From NCBI GenBank assembly GCA_964522515.1, contig CAZFWC010000003.1, positions 1-52,691 of the forward strand: a stretch of DNA of 52,691 nt, given 5' to 3'. Shown here piece by piece: positions 31,816 through 39,814 of the stretch (positions are counted from its first letter, which is position 1; the number at the start of each line of letters is the position of its first letter). The notes below the pieces were generated by a model. It searched no databases. It worked only from the letters and a program-made list of their open reading frames with translations, and was not told where the DNA came from. The translations under genes were made by a program, and so were the position numbers. The DNA is from an uncultured Gammaproteobacteria bacterium (lineage in GTDB: Bacteria; Patescibacteriota; Patescibacteriia; UBA2196).

Positions 31816-32922
31816 ATGCAAAATTTATTTTTTTTAATTTATATAATTCCTTTTATTATTTCACTAACCTTAGCGATAATCTTAACTTTAATAATTAAAA
31901 AATTAGCAAAGAAATTTAATATTTTTGACAAACCTAATGAAAGCAGAAAAGTGCATTTAAAACCAATTCCACTTTTAGGCGGAGTCGCAGTTTTTATTTC
32001 TTTTTTTATAACTTTATTAATTAGCTGGAATTTGGGCTGGCTAAGTGACGGAATTTTGCAAAAAGGACAAATTTTAGGAATAATTTTTGGCAGTTTAATT
32101 TTAATTATTGGTGGAGCGCTTGACGACAAATTTAAATTAAAACCTTGGCAATCATTTTTGTTCCCTTTTCTGGCAGTTGTGGTTGCTGTTGGTTTTGGAA
32201 TTGCAATAAAATATATTACAAATCCATTAATTTCTGGCACTGGTCCTTTTGGTCGGTCACTTTTTTATTTTGATTGGGTGAATTTAAAAATAATTTCTTT
32301 TAGCGCTTTATTTAGTTTTCTCTGGATTTTAGGAATGATTTACACAACAAAATTTTTAGATGGACTTGATGGGTTGGTTTCTGGAATTGGCGCGATTGGC
32401 GCGATTATTTTATTTATTGTTTCTTTATTTTGGAACGAACCAATGAGCGCGATGTCAATTTTGTGTTTAATTTTTGCTGGAGCGTTATTAGGATTTTTAT
32501 TTTTTAATTTTCATCCAGCTAAAATTTTTTTAGGAGAGGGAGGGGCCACTTTTGTTGGTTTTATGTTGGGTGCGCTTTCGATTATTTCAGGAGGAAAAAT
32601 CGCAACTGCTTTATTAATAATGGGAATTCCAATTTTAGATGTTGTTTGGATTATTTTTCGTCGCATTTTTTCAGGAAAACATTTTTACCAAGCTGACCGC
32701 AAACATTTGCACCACCGTTTTTTAGATATTGGATTGTCGCATCGCCAAACAGTTTTATTTTTATATTTAGTAACTTTAATTTTTGGCGCGTCATCAATTT
32801 TTTTACAAAGTAAGGATAAAATATTTGCGTTAGGATTTGTTGTTTTTGTGATGATTATTTTAGCAGTTAGTTTAGTTAAAATTCACAAAAAGGACAGCAC
32901 ACGAATTTCCAGAATTGCCTAA
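31816..32922 (+). CDS. WecA/MraY-family polyprenyl-phosphate N-acetylhexosamine-1-phosphate transferase (GT4 family)
   Basis: 368 aa, ~10 TM. VHLKPIPLLGGVA, DDKFKLKPW, and NFHPAKIFLGEGGATFVGF motifs. The last codons (STRISRIA) lie inside repeat 32895-33006. Confidence 0.8.
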   Translation: MQNLFFLIYIIPFIISLTLAIILTLIIKKLAKKFNIFDKPNESRKVHLKPIPLLGGVAVFISFFITLLISWNLGWLSDGILQKGQILGIIFGSLILIIGGALDDKFKLKPWQSFLFPFLAVVVAVGFGIAIKYITNPLISGTGPFGRSLFYFDWVNLKIISFSALFSFLWILGMIYTTKFLDGLDGLVSGIGAIGAIILFIVSLFWNEPMSAMSILCLIFAGALLGFLFFNFHPAKIFLGEGGATFVGFMLGALSIISGGKIATALLIMGIPILDVVWIIFRRIFSGKHFYQADRKHLHHRFLDIGLSHRQTVLFLYLVTLIFGASSIFLQSKDKIFALGFVVFVMIILAVSLVKIHKKDSTRISRIA

Positions 32923-33006
32923 AATTTTCATGAATTAAAATTCTGGTTTATTCTGGCTCAAAAGTAAAATCATTTACTTTTTCGCTTTTGGTAATTCGCG
33001 TGCTAT
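32895..33006. repeat. Family-5 long imperfect palindrome, downstream flank of the WecA-like gene
   Basis: CAGCACACGAATTTCCAGAATTGCCTAAAATTTTCATGAATTAAAATTCTGGTTTATTCTGG...GGTAATTCGCGTGCT. The first ~65 nt are near-identical to 31718-31782. Overlaps the last 9 codons of the CDS. Confidence 0.85.
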
Positions 33007-33021
33007 TTTTTAATAAAATTT

Positions 33022-33459
33022 ATGAAAAAATTTGTTTTAGTGTTTTTTTGTTTTAGTGTTTTAATATTAGGTGGTTGCGCAACAAACAAAAATACGCCAA
33101 CAATAAAAATTAATAATCATATTTTTAAAGTTGAATTAGCTCAAACTTCAGCAGAGCATTTTCAAGGTCTTTCTGATCGTAAAAGTTTAGGTAAAAATTC
33201 AGGAATGTTTTTTGTTTTTCCAGATTATAAAATAAGAACTTTTGTAATGCGAAAAATGAATTTTCCATTAGATATTATTTGGATTAAAGATAATTTTGTT
33301 GTGGCTTGTGAAAAAAATGTGCAAATATTTGATAAAAATAAAAATATCTCACAAGTTGTTTCTTCCGAGCCAATTAATTATGTTTTAGAAGTGAACGCAG
33401 GGGTTTGTGAGAAATATAAAATAAAATCAAACGATACGGTTTACCTGCCGACTTGGTAG
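33022..33459 (+). CDS. DUF192-family lipoprotein
   Basis: 145 aa. Signal peptide with lipobox (LILGGC). GLSDRKSL..GMFFVF...MRKMNFPLDIIWI resembles DUF192/COG1430. Confidence 0.7.
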   Translation: MKKFVLVFFCFSVLILGGCATNKNTPTIKINNHIFKVELAQTSAEHFQGLSDRKSLGKNSGMFFVFPDYKIRTFVMRKMNFPLDIIWIKDNFVVACEKNVQIFDKNKNISQVVSSEPINYVLEVNAGVCEKYKIKSNDTVYLPTW

Positions 33460-33460
33460 G

Positions 33461-33489
33461 TTGACATAAATTTTTAATTAAGTTAAAAT
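33461..33489 (+). promoter_or_regulatory. candidate promoter for rplU
   Basis: TTGACA-17 nt-TAAAAT. Confidence 0.55.
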
Positions 33490-33524
33490 AAAATTATTAT
33501 GATTAACTAAGATTAGTAAAATTT

Positions 33525-33848
33525 ATGAGTAAAATTACAGTAATAAAAACAGGCGGCAAACAATATATTGTTAAACAAGGTGATGAAATAAAAATTGAAA
33601 AATTGTCTGATGAACAAGGCAAAAATTTTGTATTTGAAAATGTTTTAATGATTAGTGATGAAAAAGGTAATGATTTAAAAATTGGCAACCCATTTATTAA
33701 AGACGCAAAAGTTGAAGCTAAAATTTTAGAGCAGGGAAGAGATAAAAAAATTCGGGTTGTAAAATATAAAAATAAAACTCGTTACCACAAAGTTCAGGGA
33801 CACCGACAATTATTTACAAAAGTAAAAATAAATAAAATAATTAATTAA
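33525..33848 (+). CDS. rplU: 50S ribosomal protein L21
   Basis: 107 aa. ITVIKTGGKQYIVKQGDEIKIEKL and KKIRVVKYKNKTRYHKVQGHRQ. Confidence 0.9.
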   Translation: MSKITVIKTGGKQYIVKQGDEIKIEKLSDEQGKNFVFENVLMISDEKGNDLKIGNPFIKDAKVEAKILEQGRDKKIRVVKYKNKTRYHKVQGHRQLFTKVKINKIIN

Positions 33849-33877
33849 AAGTCCAAAGAAGTATTCTAAAAAATATT

Positions 33878-34042
33878 TTACAAAAAAACAAAACTCCTTT
33901 CTAAATTATGATATGAAAAAATTATTCCAATTAAAATTCCAGAAAATATAAAAATCAAGTTCAAACTATACAAACCAATTATTATCATTAAAATGCTTAT
34001 AATAATTATAAAAATAATTGAACCCAAAATAAATTTATCCAT
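33878..34042 (-). CDS. possible 54-aa two-TM membrane peptide
   Basis: Not in the ORF track. AGGAGGGACAA lies before the ATG at 34042, 16 nt downstream of the recR stop. Translation is MDKFILGSIIFIIIISILMIIIGLYSLNLIFIFSGILIGIIFSYHNLERSFVFL. Confidence 0.35.
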   Translation of the reverse strand: MDKFILGSIIFIIIISILMIIIGLYSLNLIFIFSGILIGIIFSYHNLERSFVFL

Positions 34043-34058
34043 TTGTCCCTCCTAAATT

Positions 34059-34706
34059 TTAAATCTCTGTCCTTCCTTTAAACGCGTTAGCTAAAGTAAT
34101 TTCATCAGCGTATTCTAAATCAGCGCCTTGAGGAAGTCCGCGAGCAAGTTTACTGATTTTAATGTGAGGAAATTTTTTAAAAAGTTTTGTTAAATATAAA
34201 TTGGTTGTTTCGCCTTCAATTGTTGGATTTAAAGCTAAAATTATTTCTTTAATATTATTTTGGCTTGCACGCCGTAGCCCTGTCTTGCCGACAGGCAGGC
34301 TTGGCGTAGGAGGGTTGATTCTATTTTCTAAATTTTTAATATTTAATTTATCAGGAGTTACTCCTTCAATTGAATTTAAAACGCCATTTAAAATATGGTA
34401 AACTCCATTAAATTCTTTAGATTTTTCAAGCGGAACAACATCTGAACTTTCAGCAACAACACAAATTATTGTGTGGTCTCGTTGTGAATTAGAACAAATT
34501 GAACACAAATCATTTTCAGAAATTTGTCCGCATTGTGAACAATTTTTAATATTATCTTTAATATGCAATAAAGTGTTTGCAAAATCTGACAAAGTTTTTT
34601 TGTCTTTTTTAAGTAAATAAAAAACTAACCGTTCGGCAGTTTTTTGACCAATGTTGGGTAAAGAAGAAAAATGTTGAATTAAATTTTCTATTGATGTTGG
34701 TAGCAT
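34059..34706 (-). CDS. recR: recombination protein RecR
   Basis: 215 aa. HhH (LPNIGQKTAERLVFYLL), C4 zinc finger (CSQCGQISENDLCSICS) and Toprim domain. Has a ~16-aa GC-rich insertion (PPTPSLPVGKTGLRRAS). Confidence 0.9.
   Translation of the reverse strand: MLPTSIENLIQHFSSLPNIGQKTAERLVFYLLKKDKKTLSDFANTLLHIKDNIKNCSQCGQISENDLCSICSNSQRDHTIICVVAESSDVVPLEKSKEFNGVYHILNGVLNSIEGVTPDKLNIKNLENRINPPTPSLPVGKTGLRRASQNNIKEIILALNPTIEGETTNLYLTKLFKKFPHIKISKLARGLPQGADLEYADEITLANAFKGRTEI
34268..34315 (-). repeat. Family-1 fragment inside the recR CDS
   Basis: On the gene strand: CCCTCCTACGCCAAGCCTGCCTGTCGGCAAGACAGGGCTACGGCGTGC, translated as PPTPSLPVGKTGLRRA. Confidence 0.85.
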
Positions 34707-34738
34707 AAAAAAAGAAATTGAGAAATAAATTATTTTTT

Positions 34739-34778
34739 TAAGATTTAGGCTGGGTTTTAAAACCCAGCTTAAATCTTA
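34739..34778. repeat. 40-nt near-perfect palindrome between ybaB and recR
   Basis: TAAGATTTAGGCTGGGTTTTAAAACCCAGCTTAAATCTTA gives an 18-bp stem with 1 mismatch. Uses the AAGATTT word. Confidence 0.75.
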
Positions 34779-34783
34779 TTTTT

Positions 34784-35035
34784 TTAACTCATCATTTGTT
34801 TAGCCATTAATTGTTGAACTTTATGAATCGCGTCATTAAATAATTCAACAAGATTTTTTTCTTGTTCTTGTTGAGATAATTCAGAATTTAATTCAATAGA
34901 CAAAACTTCTTGTTTTCCATTTATTTTTAATTTGATTCCATTTTTTTCAACTTTAATTATTTCGTCTTTTAAACGCTGTTGAATTTCTTTTGCTTTTGAT
35001 TGGAGTTGGTATAAATTTTTTAGGTTGTTTAACAT
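34784..35035 (-). CDS. ybaB: YbaB/EbfC-family nucleoid-associated protein (short)
   Basis: 83 aa. Pattern resembles YbaB and it sits in the conserved position upstream of recR. Confidence 0.75.
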   Translation of the reverse strand: MLNNLKNLYQLQSKAKEIQQRLKDEIIKVEKNGIKLKINGKQEVLSIELNSELSQQEQEKNLVELFNDAIHKVQQLMAKQMMS

Positions 35036-35070
35036 AAATTTTATTTTTAATTATTTTTTAATTATTTATT

Positions 35071-36468
35071 TTAATTTGTTGTGTTTTCTTGAGTTAATTT
35101 TTTTTCTAAATTTTTAAATGTTACTTTATTTTCATCCCAAAAAAGTGACACAACGCCAGTTGGTCCATTTCTGTGTTTAGCAATAAAAATATCTGTTTCA
35201 TCTCCGCGCGGACTGTCTTTTTTATAATATTTATCGCGATAAATAAACATCACAACATCAGCGTCTTGTTCAATTGATCCAGATTCGCGAAGGTCAGCTA
35301 ATTTTGGAATTGGTGTTGGCCGTGATTCAACTTGTCGTGAAAGTTGTGATAAAGCTAAAAAAGGAACATTTAATTCACGCGCGATTGCTTTTAAACCACG
35401 AGAGATTTCTGAAACAATTTGCACTCGGTTGTCTGAAGCGCTTGGGCTTTCCATTAATTGCAAATAATCAAGAACAATTAATCCAATATTGTATTCAGCT
35501 TGTAACCGTCTGGCCTTGGTTCTAATTTCCATTATATTTGCTGTTGGAGAATCGTCAATAAAAATTTGCGCTTCTGCCAATTCTCCCATTGCGTGTCCGA
35601 TTTTTGAAAAATCAGATTCACCTCCAGAGTCTTCTTTGTCAGATAATTTTCCTGTTCTCATTTTCCAAGAATCAATGTTTGCCTGCGCGCAAAGCATTTT
35701 ATCAACCATTTGTTCCTTGCTCATTTCTAATGAAAAAATTCCAACTGGGGTTTTTTGTTGAACAGCAACTTGTCGCGCAATATCTAATGCTAAAGTTGAT
35801 TTTCCCATTGAAGGTCGCGCAGCTAAAATAATTAAATCTGCTTTTTGCAAACCAGCTAGTTTATTATCTAAATGATAAAAACCAGTTGGCATTCCACGCA
35901 ATTTTCCTGAATCACGATGCAACTCATCAATTCTGTCAAAAGCAGAATTTAATAATTCTTTCATTGAACTGAATTTACTTTTTAAATATTTATGTGAAAC
36001 ACTAAACAATCTACTTTCCGCGCGGTCTAAAATTTTTTGCAAACCTTGTTCTTCATTGTATCCCATTTGCACAATTTCTGTTGCAGCTTTTATTAAATTA
36101 TTTAAAGTTGATTTTTTTTGAATTATTTTTGCGTAATGAAGAATATGTGAGGCAGTTGGAATACTGCTTGCTAAAGATGTTAAAAAACTTCTTCCACCAA
36201 TATTTTGCAGTTGTTTTTTTTCTTCTAATCTTGAACTTAAACTTAAAACATCAATTGGTTCTCGTTCAGAATACAAATCTAAAATTGCTTCATAAATTTT
36301 TCCGTGCGCGTCTTTATAAAAATCTTTTGGCGTTAAAATATCAGCAATTTTAATAATCGCTTCTTTATCAATTAAAAGAGCGCCTAAAACTGATTGTTCA
36401 GCTTCTAAATTTTGTGGAGGTATTCTAGTAGCAGGGTTTATTATTGTTGGAGATTTTTTATTACTCAT
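35071..36468 (-). CDS. dnaB: replicative DNA helicase DnaB
   Basis: 465 aa. PPQNLEAEQSVLGALL N-terminus, Walker A ARPSMGKST, and the RecA-like C-terminal domain (DLRESGSIEQDADVV). Confidence 0.93.
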   Translation of the reverse strand: MSNKKSPTIINPATRIPPQNLEAEQSVLGALLIDKEAIIKIADILTPKDFYKDAHGKIYEAILDLYSEREPIDVLSLSSRLEEKKQLQNIGGRSFLTSLASSIPTASHILHYAKIIQKKSTLNNLIKAATEIVQMGYNEEQGLQKILDRAESRLFSVSHKYLKSKFSSMKELLNSAFDRIDELHRDSGKLRGMPTGFYHLDNKLAGLQKADLIILAARPSMGKSTLALDIARQVAVQQKTPVGIFSLEMSKEQMVDKMLCAQANIDSWKMRTGKLSDKEDSGGESDFSKIGHAMGELAEAQIFIDDSPTANIMEIRTKARRLQAEYNIGLIVLDYLQLMESPSASDNRVQIVSEISRGLKAIARELNVPFLALSQLSRQVESRPTPIPKLADLRESGSIEQDADVVMFIYRDKYYKKDSPRGDETDIFIAKHRNGPTGVVSLFWDENKVTFKNLEKKLTQENTTN

Positions 36469-36627
36469 TTAAGTTTTCCGCCTTCGCCCATAATCCCGAG
36501 TACTCGGGACTACTGGACTACGGCGGATACCTGTCTGCCGACAGGCAGGAAATTTTAATGTTTTTAAATAAAAAATTTTAATCTAAAGATATTATTGTTA
36601 GAGTTTGAGCGAAGGAGGTTAGCGACT
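36469..36627 (-). repeat. Family-1 composite spacer element, copy E (upstream of dnaB, minus orientation)
   Basis: Read on the minus strand: AGTCGCTAACCTCCTTCGC...CCTGCCTGTCGGCAGACAGG..CCGCCGTAGTCCAGTAGTCCCGAGTACTCGGG..GGGCGAAGGCGGAAAACTTAA, then the dnaB ATG. Confidence 0.9.
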
Positions 36628-36701
36628 ATTTAATTTTAGCAAATATTAAAATATATTCAACCCATTTTTTTTACACATTCTATTAACTTTTAATGCACAT
36701 C

Positions 36702-36710
36702 TGTTATAAT
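36702..36710 (+). promoter_or_regulatory. perfect extended -10 (TGtTATAAT) 6 nt before the ATG at 36717 (leaderless arrangement)
   Basis: TGTTATAAT-ATAATT-ATG. Confidence 0.5.
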
Positions 36711-36716
36711 ATAATT

Positions 36717-38387
36717 ATGAAAGCATTTAAAGATAAATATTTTAGAATTTTAGTGATTTTAGCAATTATATTTTTTTGTGTTTATTCGTTTTTGCCAATT
36801 TCACAACTAATTTTTCAAAATCAAAATAATATTAAATCATCATTAAAATTTAACACACCAGATGAAGTAATTAATTATTATTTTACAACGCAGTATACAA
36901 AAACAAGCGAATTATACTATTTTGAGCCGTTAAATAATTTTGTTAATCGTGTAATTTTTCCGCGCTGGGCTTTTGTAAAAGATGGTAGAATTACGCCAGG
37001 AAATTTTTTAGGAATTGATTTAATTTACGGAAATTTAGCTAAAATTTTTTCTCCCGAGTACTCGGGATTAATTATTCCATTTTTAACTCCAATTTTTGCT
37101 GTGATTGGAATTTTGTTTTTTTATTTATTATTAAAATATTTTTTTGAAAAACGCGTGGCTTTTGTGTCTGCGTTGTTAGTTTTTATTTTTCCAGGATTTT
37201 GGTACTACGCGTCAAGGACAATGTTTCACAATATTTTATTTTTATCTTTATTAATAATTGGACTTTATTTTTTATTTAGATTATTTAAAACAAATAAAAA
37301 TAAATTATTTTTATCTTTTTTGTGTGGTTTATTTGTTGGTCTGGCTTTAATCACTCGCACTTCTGAAATTGTTTGGGTGTTTTTAATGGTTTTAATAATT
37401 TTGATATTTAATTTTAAAAAATTAAAAGATTTGTGGTTATATTTGTTGTTAAGTTTAGTAATTTTTAGTTTTTGTTTTGTTCCGGTTTTTTACCAGCACA
37501 AAATTTTATATAATAATTATTTTTCAACTGGTTACCCGATTCACACAGTAAGTTCAAATTTAGAATCAGGTCAAGTTAAATCAATAAATTATTTTCAAGC
37601 TTTAATTTTACCATTTGGATTTCATCCTCGCGTAATAATTACTCACACATTTTACAAATATATTTTAAATTTGTTTTGGCCTTGGATAATTTTGTGGTTA
37701 ATTGGATTAGCAGTATTTTTTAAAACAAAAAAAACAAAACAAGAAAAAAATTATTTTCCTTTGTTTTTTGTTCCTTGTTTTTTATTAATTTATTATGGTT
37801 CTTGGTTTTTTCGAGATTCAATTGATCCTAATTTAGTTAGTTTAGGCTCGTCTTATGTTAGATATTTTTTACCTTTATTTATTTTTAATATTCCAATTAT
37901 TGGGTTTTTGATTGTTAAAATATTTAATATAAAAAAATGGTCAAAAATAAATAAGTGTTTTTGTGTTTTTGTGTTTTTGTCTTTAAGCGTTTTTTCTTTT
38001 TATCAAGTTTATTTTGCTAATTCTGAATCTTTAATAAATATTAAAAATCAGCTAATTAAATATCAAATCCAAAATCAAAGTTTTTTGAAAAAAATTGATC
38101 AAGATGATATAATATATTTAAGCGCAGGAACTGATAAAATTTTATTTCCAGAATTTAAGCATTTAATCGTACAACAAAATAAAGTAGAATTTGTAGAAAT
38201 TAAAAAACTTTTGTTTTACAGAAATGTTTATTATTTTCATCACAATGAAAACACAAGTTTAAAAGAATTAAATAAAAATATTTTTAATCCAGAAAATTTA
38301 AAATTAGAAAATGAAGTTTTGATTAACGGGGGAGGGAAGCTTTTTCAAATTGTTCAAGACAAGCTTAAAACAAATGTTAAAAAATAA
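36717..38387 (+). CDS. GT-C fold membrane glycosyltransferase (ArnT/PMT, GT39-like)
   Basis: ~556 aa, more than 10 TM, with a DE-containing first loop (NTPDEV). The ATG at 36717 lies 6 nt after a perfect TGtTATAAT. Contains the 16-nt palindrome TCCCGAGTACTCGGGA in-frame. Confidence 0.6.
   Translation: MKAFKDKYFRILVILAIIFFCVYSFLPISQLIFQNQNNIKSSLKFNTPDEVINYYFTTQYTKTSELYYFEPLNNFVNRVIFPRWAFVKDGRITPGNFLGIDLIYGNLAKIFSPEYSGLIIPFLTPIFAVIGILFFYLLLKYFFEKRVAFVSALLVFIFPGFWYYASRTMFHNILFLSLLIIGLYFLFRLFKTNKNKLFLSFLCGLFVGLALITRTSEIVWVFLMVLIILIFNFKKLKDLWLYLLLSLVIFSFCFVPVFYQHKILYNNYFSTGYPIHTVSSNLESGQVKSINYFQALILPFGFHPRVIITHTFYKYILNLFWPWIILWLIGLAVFFKTKKTKQEKNYFPLFFVPCFLLIYYGSWFFRDSIDPNLVSLGSSYVRYFLPLFIFNIPIIGFLIVKIFNIKKWSKINKCFCVFVFLSLSVFSFYQVYFANSESLINIKNQLIKYQIQNQSFLKKIDQDDIIYLSAGTDKILFPEFKHLIVQQNKVEFVEIKKLLFYRNVYYFHHNENTSLKELNKNIFNPENLKLENEVLINGGGKLFQIVQDKLKTNVKK
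37052..37067 (+). repeat. Perfect 16-nt palindrome TCCCGAGTACTCGGGA inside the GT-C CDS
   Basis: Same module as at 13638-13653, 36494-36509 and 43543-43558. Translated as SPEYSG. Confidence 0.85.
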
Positions 38388-39810
38388 AAAAAAATTCAAA
38401 CCAAAATCAATTACTTCTTTTGTTGTTCCTGAAAAAAAAGATCAGGAAGAATTAAATTTAGATTTAGATAAAGAAAAAAAAGAATTAGAATTAGATGAAG
38501 TAGAAGCGCTAACAGAAATTAATAATTCCCAGGATTTGAGTGAAGAAATAAAAACAGAACCAGAATCTGAAGAAGAAAAAAAAGTTAAAGAAATAATTAA
38601 AAAAAAGAAAAAAAATAATTTTAAGGATTCAGAAGATGAAATTTTAGAAGAAATTGATAAAAGTAAATTAGCTGATGAGGAAAAAATAAACAACAACAAA
38701 AACAGTAACGAGGAAAAACAAAAAAAACAATTTTTAAACAATATTAATGTTCATAAATATTTAAACTATTTGCAAAAAGTTAGTTTAAAAGATAAAATAT
38801 TTTTTACAAAAAATCTTACTGTAATGCTTAAAGCTGGATTATCAATTGGGAAAGCTTTGCAAGCATTAGCTGAACAAACTCAAAATAAAAAATTTAAAAA
38901 AATATTACAAGAAATTGAAAAAAAAGTTAAAAAAGGAAATAGTTTTGCTGAAAGTTTAAAAACTTATCCAAAAACATTTAATAATCTTTTTGTTTCAATG
39001 GTTGAATCTGGTGAAGAAACTGGAAATTTAGAAAATGTATTAAAACAAATTCATAAACAAATGACTCGCGACCACGCGCTAATTAGTAAAATTCGCGGAG
39101 CAATGATTTATCCAATAATCGTAATTTCAGCAATGATTGGGATTGGAATTGGAATGATTGTTTTTGTAATTCCTAAATTTATAACTATTTTTGAAGAAGT
39201 TGATGCTCAGCTTCCATTTGCAACAAGGATGTTAATGAATCTTTCTGATTTTATTTTAGCAAATGGATTATTTCTTTTTATTTCTGTTGTAATTATTACA
39301 ATTGCGTTGATAAAAATTTTTAAAACAAAAAAAGGCAAATTATTTTTGCATAATATTTTTTTAAAATTACCAATTTTATCTAGAATAGTTAAAAAAATTA
39401 ATTTAGCAAGATTTTCGCGCACACTTTCTTCTCTTTTAAAAACTGATATTCCAATTGTTAAAGCATTTGAAATTACAGCAAAAGTTTTAGGAAATGTCCA
39501 TTATAAAAACGCTTTAAATGAAGCTAAAGAAAAAATTCAAAAAGGAGAACATATTCGTAAATGTTTAGAAAAATATAATAAATTATTTCCAGCTGTTGTG
39601 ATTCAAATGGTAACTGTTGGTGAAGAAACAGGCGCTTTGGATTCTGTTTTAGATGAATTAGCTAATTTTTATGAAGAAGATATTGATCAAACAATGAAAA
39701 ATTTGCCAACAATTATTGAACCAGTCTTAATGCTTGTGTTAGGAGTTGGCGTTGGCTTAATGGCTGTTGCTGTTTTAATGCCAATGTATTCTTTGTCGCA
39801 AGCTTTCTAA
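38350..39810 (+). CDS. pilC: type IV pilus / T2SS platform protein PilC (GspF family) with acidic/Lys-rich N-terminal extension
   Basis: Two T2SSF repeats (FFTKNLTVMLKAGLSIGKAL; FSRTLSSLLKTDIPIVKAF) and 3 TM. The exact start is uncertain; the ATG at 38377 is also possible. Confidence 0.85.
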   Translation: MFKTSLKQMLKNKKKFKPKSITSFVVPEKKDQEELNLDLDKEKKELELDEVEALTEINNSQDLSEEIKTEPESEEEKKVKEIIKKKKKNNFKDSEDEILEEIDKSKLADEEKINNNKNSNEEKQKKQFLNNINVHKYLNYLQKVSLKDKIFFTKNLTVMLKAGLSIGKALQALAEQTQNKKFKKILQEIEKKVKKGNSFAESLKTYPKTFNNLFVSMVESGEETGNLENVLKQIHKQMTRDHALISKIRGAMIYPIIVISAMIGIGIGMIVFVIPKFITIFEEVDAQLPFATRMLMNLSDFILANGLFLFISVVIITIALIKIFKTKKGKLFLHNIFLKLPILSRIVKKINLARFSRTLSSLLKTDIPIVKAFEITAKVLGNVHYKNALNEAKEKIQKGEHIRKCLEKYNKLFPAVVIQMVTVGEETGALDSVLDELANFYEEDIDQTMKNLPTIIEPVLMLVLGVGVGLMAVAVLMPMYSLSQAF

Positions 39811-39814
39811 AAAA

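Noticed and set aside
31717-33006. Whether the WecA-like gene flanked by hairpin elements is an integron-type cassette with attC sites.
   Set aside because: The element termini (AGCACGCGAATT / GTGTTCT) do not fit the RYYYAAC/GTTRRRY core sites. There is no integrase and no array of cassettes. It is kept only as a repeat-flanked gene observation.
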